A DNA stretch of 64,000 nucleotides, taken from assembly GCA_963727525.1 (NCBI GenBank), contig CAVSGO010000003.1, positions 64,001-128,000 of the forward strand. The letters run 5' to 3'. The stretch comes from an uncultured bacterium. Lineage in GTDB: Bacteria > Krumholzibacteriota > Krumholzibacteriia > LZORAL124-64-63. Each line of letters begins with the position of its first letter. Positions within the stretch are counted from its first letter, which is position 1. Made by a program: the position numbers and the translations under genes. A model generated the notes under the pieces. That model did no database searches and was not told the DNA's origin. It was given only the letters and a program-made list of their open reading frames with translations. Positions 59,365 to 64,000 of the stretch are shown here, in pieces.

Positions 59365-59865
59365 ATGGCCCAGTTCACGTTCAAGGGCAACCCGTTCCAC
59401 ACCACCGGCGAGTTGCCGAGGGTCGGCAGCCAGGCCCCGGCGTTCTCGCTGGTCGGCAAGGACCTCGCCGACGTCACCCTCGACGGCCTCAAGGGCCGCA
59501 AGGTCGTGCTCAACATCTTCCCGAGCCTCGACACGGCGGTGTGTGCAGCCAGCGTGCGCCACTTCAACGAGGCCGCAGCCAAGCACCCCGACACCACGGT
59601 CGTGTGCGTGTCCATGGACCTGCCGTTCGCGGCCGGTCGCTTCTGCTCGGCCGAGGGCATCGAGCATGTACTCACGGGATCCGACTTCCGCACCGGCGAC
59701 TTCTCCCGCGCCTACGGTGTGCGCATCACCGACGGTCCGCTGGTCGGACTGATGGCGCGTTCCGTGGTGGTCATTGACACGGGTGGAAAGGTTCTGTATA
59801 ACCAGCTCGTACCCGAGACGGTAGAGGAACCGGATTACGATGCGGCCCTCGCCCATCTCGGGTAG
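59365..59865 (+). CDS. tpx: Thiol peroxidase (atypical 2-Cys peroxiredoxin)
   Basis: NIFPSLDTAVCAASVR, SMDLPFA..RFC, EEPDY. Confidence 0.95.
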   Translation: MAQFTFKGNPFHTTGELPRVGSQAPAFSLVGKDLADVTLDGLKGRKVVLNIFPSLDTAVCAASVRHFNEAAAKHPDTTVVCVSMDLPFAAGRFCSAEGIEHVLTGSDFRTGDFSRAYGVRITDGPLVGLMARSVVVIDTGGKVLYNQLVPETVEEPDYDAALAHLG

Positions 59866-59899
59866 GCCATGCGCCACAGGGCGTGATGGACAACTTCGG

Positions 59900-59937
59900 A
59901 AGGGACGGGAGCGAAGGATCGCAACCGTCCCTTTTTT
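59900..59937 (+). terminator. Rho-independent terminator after tpx
   Basis: AAGGGACGG...CCGTCCCTT + T run. Confidence 0.65.
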
Positions 59938-59967
59938 CGGTATGGCACATCCCAACGAAGTCGGCCG

Positions 59968-61143
59968 ATGACGACACATAGCTATCAGGAACAAGGGCGC
60001 TACTTCGCCCAGGTGGGCGGCGGGGCCGAGGCCGCCGCGGCCGACGAACTGCGCGATCTCGGTGCCACCGACCTCGAGAACGGAGTGCGCGGCATCCACT
60101 TCCGCGCCACGCCCGAGGTGTCGTACCGCGTCGTCTACGCCTCACGGCTCGTGCAACGCGTGATCGCACCCCTCTGTGACTTCCGCTGCCACAATCCCGA
60201 CTATCTCTACCGGCAGGTCGCGGCGCTGCCCTGGGAGATGTTTCTCAAGCCCGGTCAGACCATCGCTGTCTTCGCCAACGTCTCGCACTCGCGCCTGCGC
60301 GACAGCCGCTACGTGGTGCAGCGTGTGAAGGACGGCATCTGCGACCGCATGCGCGAGGCCACCGGCGAGCGTCCGCGCGTCGACGTGCAGGCGCCGCACC
60401 TCTGGGTGAGCGCGCATGCGTCGCACGACCAGGTGACCATAGGCGTCGACCTCGGCGGCGGCAGCCTCCACCGCCGCGGCTACCGCAAAGAGCAGGGCGA
60501 GGCGCCCATGCAGGAAACGGTGGCGGCTGCGATGGTCGACCTGTCGGAATGGGACGGCGCCACGCCCCTCGTCGACCCTCTCTGTGGCGCCGGCACCCTG
60601 CTCGCCGAGGCCTGGCTCAAGTCTGCCCACATCCCCGCCGGCTACCTCCGCGGGCACTTCGGGTGCATGCAACTCCCCGACTTCGACCTCGTGGCCTGGA
60701 AGACCATGAAGAAGGGCCTCGATAGTCGCATCGATCCGCCCCGGCCCGGACTCGTGCGCGGCAGCGACATCGATCCCGCCATGGTGGCCGCCGCGCGCGC
60801 GAATCTCGCCCGCCTACCGGGCGGCGATCGCATCGAGGTACGCGCCGCCGACGCCTTAACGCGCACCGATCTGCACGACGCCCTGGTCCTGAGCAATCCT
60901 CCCTACGGGCGACGCCTGCAGGCCGGACCCGACATCAACGTCTTCACCAAGCAACTCGGCGACTGGCTCAAGTTCCGCTCGGGCGCGGCCGCGGCATGCC
61001 TCTACTTCGGCGAGCGCGAGCTGCTCAAGCACATCGGTCTGCGCCCCGCCTGGAAACGACCGCTGCGCAACGGCGGCCTCGACGGCCGGCTCGCCCGCTT
61101 CGAACTCTATCGCAATCCCCCACAACCTGGAGCGTCAACATGA
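59968..61143 (+). CDS. THUMP-domain RNA methyltransferase (RlmL-like)
   Basis: SLHRRGYR, APMQET, DPLCGAGT, GSDID, SNPPYG. Confidence 0.88.
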   Translation: MTTHSYQEQGRYFAQVGGGAEAAAADELRDLGATDLENGVRGIHFRATPEVSYRVVYASRLVQRVIAPLCDFRCHNPDYLYRQVAALPWEMFLKPGQTIAVFANVSHSRLRDSRYVVQRVKDGICDRMREATGERPRVDVQAPHLWVSAHASHDQVTIGVDLGGGSLHRRGYRKEQGEAPMQETVAAAMVDLSEWDGATPLVDPLCGAGTLLAEAWLKSAHIPAGYLRGHFGCMQLPDFDLVAWKTMKKGLDSRIDPPRPGLVRGSDIDPAMVAAARANLARLPGGDRIEVRAADALTRTDLHDALVLSNPPYGRRLQAGPDINVFTKQLGDWLKFRSGAAAACLYFGERELLKHIGLRPAWKRPLRNGGLDGRLARFELYRNPPQPGAST

Positions 61144-61478
61144 CCGACCTCACCATCCTCATCACTCGCGCCCAGATGGGGCAGGCCGATCCCGAACTCG
61201 GCAAGAAGCTCATCGCCTCTTACCTGGGGCTGCTCGACCTCGATGACCGCCTGCCTGCCCGCATCTGCTTCTACGCCGAGGGCGTGCACCTGGCCTGCGA
61301 GGGCAGCCATGTCCTCGACGAGCTGCTGACTCTGGCCGGCAAGGGCGTGGAGCTGATCGCGTGCGGTACGTGCCTCAACTTCTACGGCCTCACGGCGAAG
61401 CTGCGCGTGGGCCGCGAGGGCAACATGCGCGAAATCATCGCCGCCCAGTTCGATACCGAACGCGTGGTCACGATCTAG
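61140..61478 (+). CDS. DsrE/YedF-like sulfur-relay protein
   Basis: MGQAD.ELGKKL, FYAEGV, ACGTCLNFYG. Confidence 0.8.
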   Translation: MTDLTILITRAQMGQADPELGKKLIASYLGLLDLDDRLPARICFYAEGVHLACEGSHVLDELLTLAGKGVELIACGTCLNFYGLTAKLRVGREGNMREIIAAQFDTERVVTI

Positions 61479-61663
61479 CCAGGTCCACCGCGCGGCGCGC
61501 TCGTGTGCGAAGCGGGGGCAGCGGTGGCAGAGCGTGACGGCCCGCCACCGCCCGGCCGCGATCATGCCCTCAAGTTCCCTGCCAGACGGCCGAATACCAC
61601 GAACGAGCCCGCGCCGTCGCCCCGGCGGCGCCATGCGACTGTCATTCAGCGGGGAGGCGCTCC

Positions 61664-62191
61664 GTGAACTGTCCGGCATGCGGTGACACCATGACCGAGA
61701 AGACCATCGCCGATCTCACCGTCGACGTATGCGAGGGAGGATGCGGCGGCATCTGGTTCGACAACCGGGAGCTGCAGAAGGTCGATGAGGCCCACGAGGC
61801 GGCAGGCGAGCCGCTCCTCGACGTGGCCCACGATCCCCAGCGCTCCGTCGATCGTAGCAAGCGCTACATGTGTCCGCGTTGCGTCGATGTGGTCATGATG
61901 CGTCACCACGCGAGCGTGAAGGGTGAGGTCACGGTCGACGAGTGCCCGAAATGCGGTGGCCACTTCCTCGACCAGGGCGAGTTGCGCGCGATCCGTGCTC
62001 AGTACCTGGACGAGGCCGCGCGTCGCCAGGCAGCTCGCGAGATGTTCGCCAGCCTCTTCGACGACGAACTGGCGACTCACCATCAGGGTAGCTTGACGCG
62101 TGTCGCCCAGTCCAAGGGTCTCGCCCGCGTGCTGCGCTTCCTTTTGCCCAGCTACTGGTTGCCGGGAAAGCAGGACTGGGGCGCGTACTAG
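61664..62191 (+). CDS. Double zf-TFIIB zinc-ribbon protein
   Basis: CPAC..DVCEGGCGGIWFD..EL and CPRC..DECPKCGGHFLD.GEL. Confidence 0.8.
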   Translation: MNCPACGDTMTEKTIADLTVDVCEGGCGGIWFDNRELQKVDEAHEAAGEPLLDVAHDPQRSVDRSKRYMCPRCVDVVMMRHHASVKGEVTVDECPKCGGHFLDQGELRAIRAQYLDEAARRQAAREMFASLFDDELATHHQGSLTRVAQSKGLARVLRFLLPSYWLPGKQDWGAY

Positions 62192-62379
62192 ATCGCGGCC
62201 CGCGACGTACGCCAGGGAAATTCCGCCACCGCGGTTCCGGCCGCGGTGGCCGTCGTCTTTTTGTAGCCCTGGCGGAGGTTGTTGCGCCATCCCGGTTTTC
62301 ACATGATCGTGTGCGGACGAGCTCGGTGATATCCGCCGCCATGAACGCCGGGCTGCTGACCTCAAACGGATGACGTGAT

Positions 62380-63138
62380 GTGACCACCGAGCAAGCCGGC
62401 CGCGACCTCGTGCGGCCATGTGACATCAGGGGATTGCTCCACGCGCATACGCGGTATGCCGACGGTGCCCACTCTCTGCGTCGCATGGTGGAGACGGCCA
62501 TCGCCATCGGTCTCGAGTATCTCGGCATCAGCGACCACTGCGCCTCGTCCGTCCATCCCGACGGTCTCGATCCCGAGTCGGAGCGCTTCCAGCGCGACGA
62601 GGTCACGGCCCTGCGCCGCGAGTTTCCCGAATTCACCCTGCTGCACGGTGTCGAGGTCGACGCGCGACCCGACGGGGCGCTCACCGTGCCCGAGGAACGT
62701 CTCGCCGGATTCGACTACGTGCTCGTCTCGCTGCACGAGGACGGGTATCGCGACGCCGCAGCCTTCACCGATGCCGTGCTCAGGATCGTTGACCAGCGCT
62801 ACGTCAACATCGTGAGCAAACCACTGGGCGGGTACATGCTGCGCAAGCCGCCGCTACCGCTCGATCTCGAGGCGGTGCTCCGCGCGGCGGGCGCCAACGG
62901 CACCGCGGTGGAGCTGAATGCCAACCCGCAGTCCCTCGATCTCGATCACAACCACTGCGCTCTCGCGTTCCGGTACGGCGTGAAGCTCGTGATCAATACC
63001 GATGCGCACCGGGCGGCGCGCCTCGTCGACTTCCGTCATGGCGTGGAGATTGCGCGCGATGCGCGCGTGCGATGCGACAGCCTCATCAACACGATGACGG
63101 TGCCGCAGCTCCAGGCCCATCTTGCGCGCAAACGCTGA
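62380..63138 (+). CDS. Stand-alone PHP-domain protein resembling the PolX C-terminal domain
   Basis: DIRGLLHAHT..DG, ISDH, GVEVD, VSLH, ELNANP, INTDAH. Confidence 0.8.
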   Translation: MTTEQAGRDLVRPCDIRGLLHAHTRYADGAHSLRRMVETAIAIGLEYLGISDHCASSVHPDGLDPESERFQRDEVTALRREFPEFTLLHGVEVDARPDGALTVPEERLAGFDYVLVSLHEDGYRDAAAFTDAVLRIVDQRYVNIVSKPLGGYMLRKPPLPLDLEAVLRAAGANGTAVELNANPQSLDLDHNHCALAFRYGVKLVINTDAHRAARLVDFRHGVEIARDARVRCDSLINTMTVPQLQAHLARKR

Positions 63139-63155
63139 TGAACTCCCACGATTGA

Positions 63156-64000
63156 TCAGCCCGCCACGGCCGGTGCCGTCCAGCGTTCGACGATCTCCCG
63201 CAACACCTTCTTGTTGATCGGCTTGCTGGCGAAGTCGTCCATACCGGCGGCCAGGCAGGCCTCGCGGTGCTCACCCATCGCGTTGGCCGTCATCGCGATC
63301 ACCGGGATCATGGCCGTATCGCCGCCGAGTGCGCGGATGCGTCGTGTCGCCTCCAGGCCATCCATCTCCGGCATCTGACAGTCCATGAGCACGAGATCGA
63401 AGGACCGCGTCGCCACGGCGTCCACCGCCTGCGCGCCGTTGGCCGCCACCTCCACCACGCATCCGAGCATCTCGAGGAGGCTGGAGGCGACCTTCTGGTT
63501 GAAGAGATTGTCTTCCGCCAGCAAGATCCGCGGTGCGACGCCATCGCCGCCCAGGCCGGCGGTCTCCGACGTCACAGTGGGATTCGACTCGGGCGCGAAG
63601 ATGTTGCGCAGGGTCAGCCGCAACCGCTCCGGCTCCACGGGCTTGGACAGCACCGCCGCGTAGCCGGTGTGTTCGAGCTGAGCGTTGTGCTCCGCATCGC
63701 CCAGCGGCTCCACCACCACGACCGGCGGGCGCGCCGCCTCGGGCAGCGATTTCCAGGCCCTGGCGAAGGCCTCGGCTCCTTGCGAGTCGCCATGGCTGTC
63801 GAGTAGGACGAGGTCGTGCTGCGCGGCGAGCGCATGCTCGTACGCATGCGCGCCACCGGCCGTCGCGACCTCCGCGCCCAGCGCGCGTAGAGCCGCGGCC
63901 ATCGCCGCGGCCACCCGGGCGTGACGCGAGACCACGAGTACGCGGCGACCCTGCACCACCGGATCGACCTCGATGGCCGGCGCCGAGTGGCGCACGATCA
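63156..64000 (-). CDS. C-terminal tandem receiver domains of a hybrid sensor kinase (5' part outside window)
   Basis: Degenerate REC followed by ILLAEDN, DLVLMDCQMPEMDG, AMTAN, SKP. Confidence 0.85.
   Translation of the reverse strand, partial: IVRHSAPAIEVDPVVQGRRVLVVSRHARVAAAMAAALRALGAEVATAGGAHAYEHALAAQHDLVLLDSHGDSQGAEAFARAWKSLPEAARPPVVVVEPLGDAEHNAQLEHTGYAAVLSKPVEPERLRLTLRNIFAPESNPTVTSETAGLGGDGVAPRILLAEDNLFNQKVASSLLEMLGCVVEVAANGAQAVDAVATRSFDLVLMDCQMPEMDGLEATRRIRALGGDTAMIPVIAMTANAMGEHREACLAAGMDDFASKPINKKVLREIVERWTAPAVAG

Noticed and set aside
61479-61663. Possible small CxxC ORF on the minus strand
   Set aside because: No convincing start or stop; it runs antisense into the DsrE gene.

Overview
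High-GC bacterial chromosomal window with no rRNA, tRNA or CRISPR array seen. Three genes with a C-terminal 'PNPFNPRTTI...WDGRD' FlgD-Ig-type domain (one only a remnant) and a PorV-like barrel suggest an FCB-superphylum organism such as Krumholzibacteria, Latescibacteria or Eisenbacteria (inference). hydG/hydE and an MCP with a sigma28-type promoter suggest a motile, at least facultatively anaerobic lifestyle. The first ~19 kb is accessory-like. It holds an IS1-family element that truncates a SEC-C gene, a SWIM-SWIM-SNF2 helicase with a HEPN-like tail, a kinase-FGE-hydrolase fusion, a decayed radical SAM gene, a NYN nuclease coupled to a large unknown protein, a secreted nuclease, an unknown His-rich protein and pseudogenes. 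The rest is mostly envelope, stress and housekeeping genes: M16 and M14 peptidases, ars operon, msrA, hydGE, degP, CDF, Na/Pi-PhoU, def, pyk, PPIase, tpx, a RlmL-like MTase and a PHP protein. The best candidate for an undescribed system is a four-gene module at 29.4-33.1 kb: ECF sigma, CBM48 anti-sigma, CBM48 outer-membrane barrel and a secreted helical protein. Its likely target promoter (CGTAACC-N15-CGTCTCA) occurs twice in the sequence. All family calls are by motif recognition; no database searches were run.
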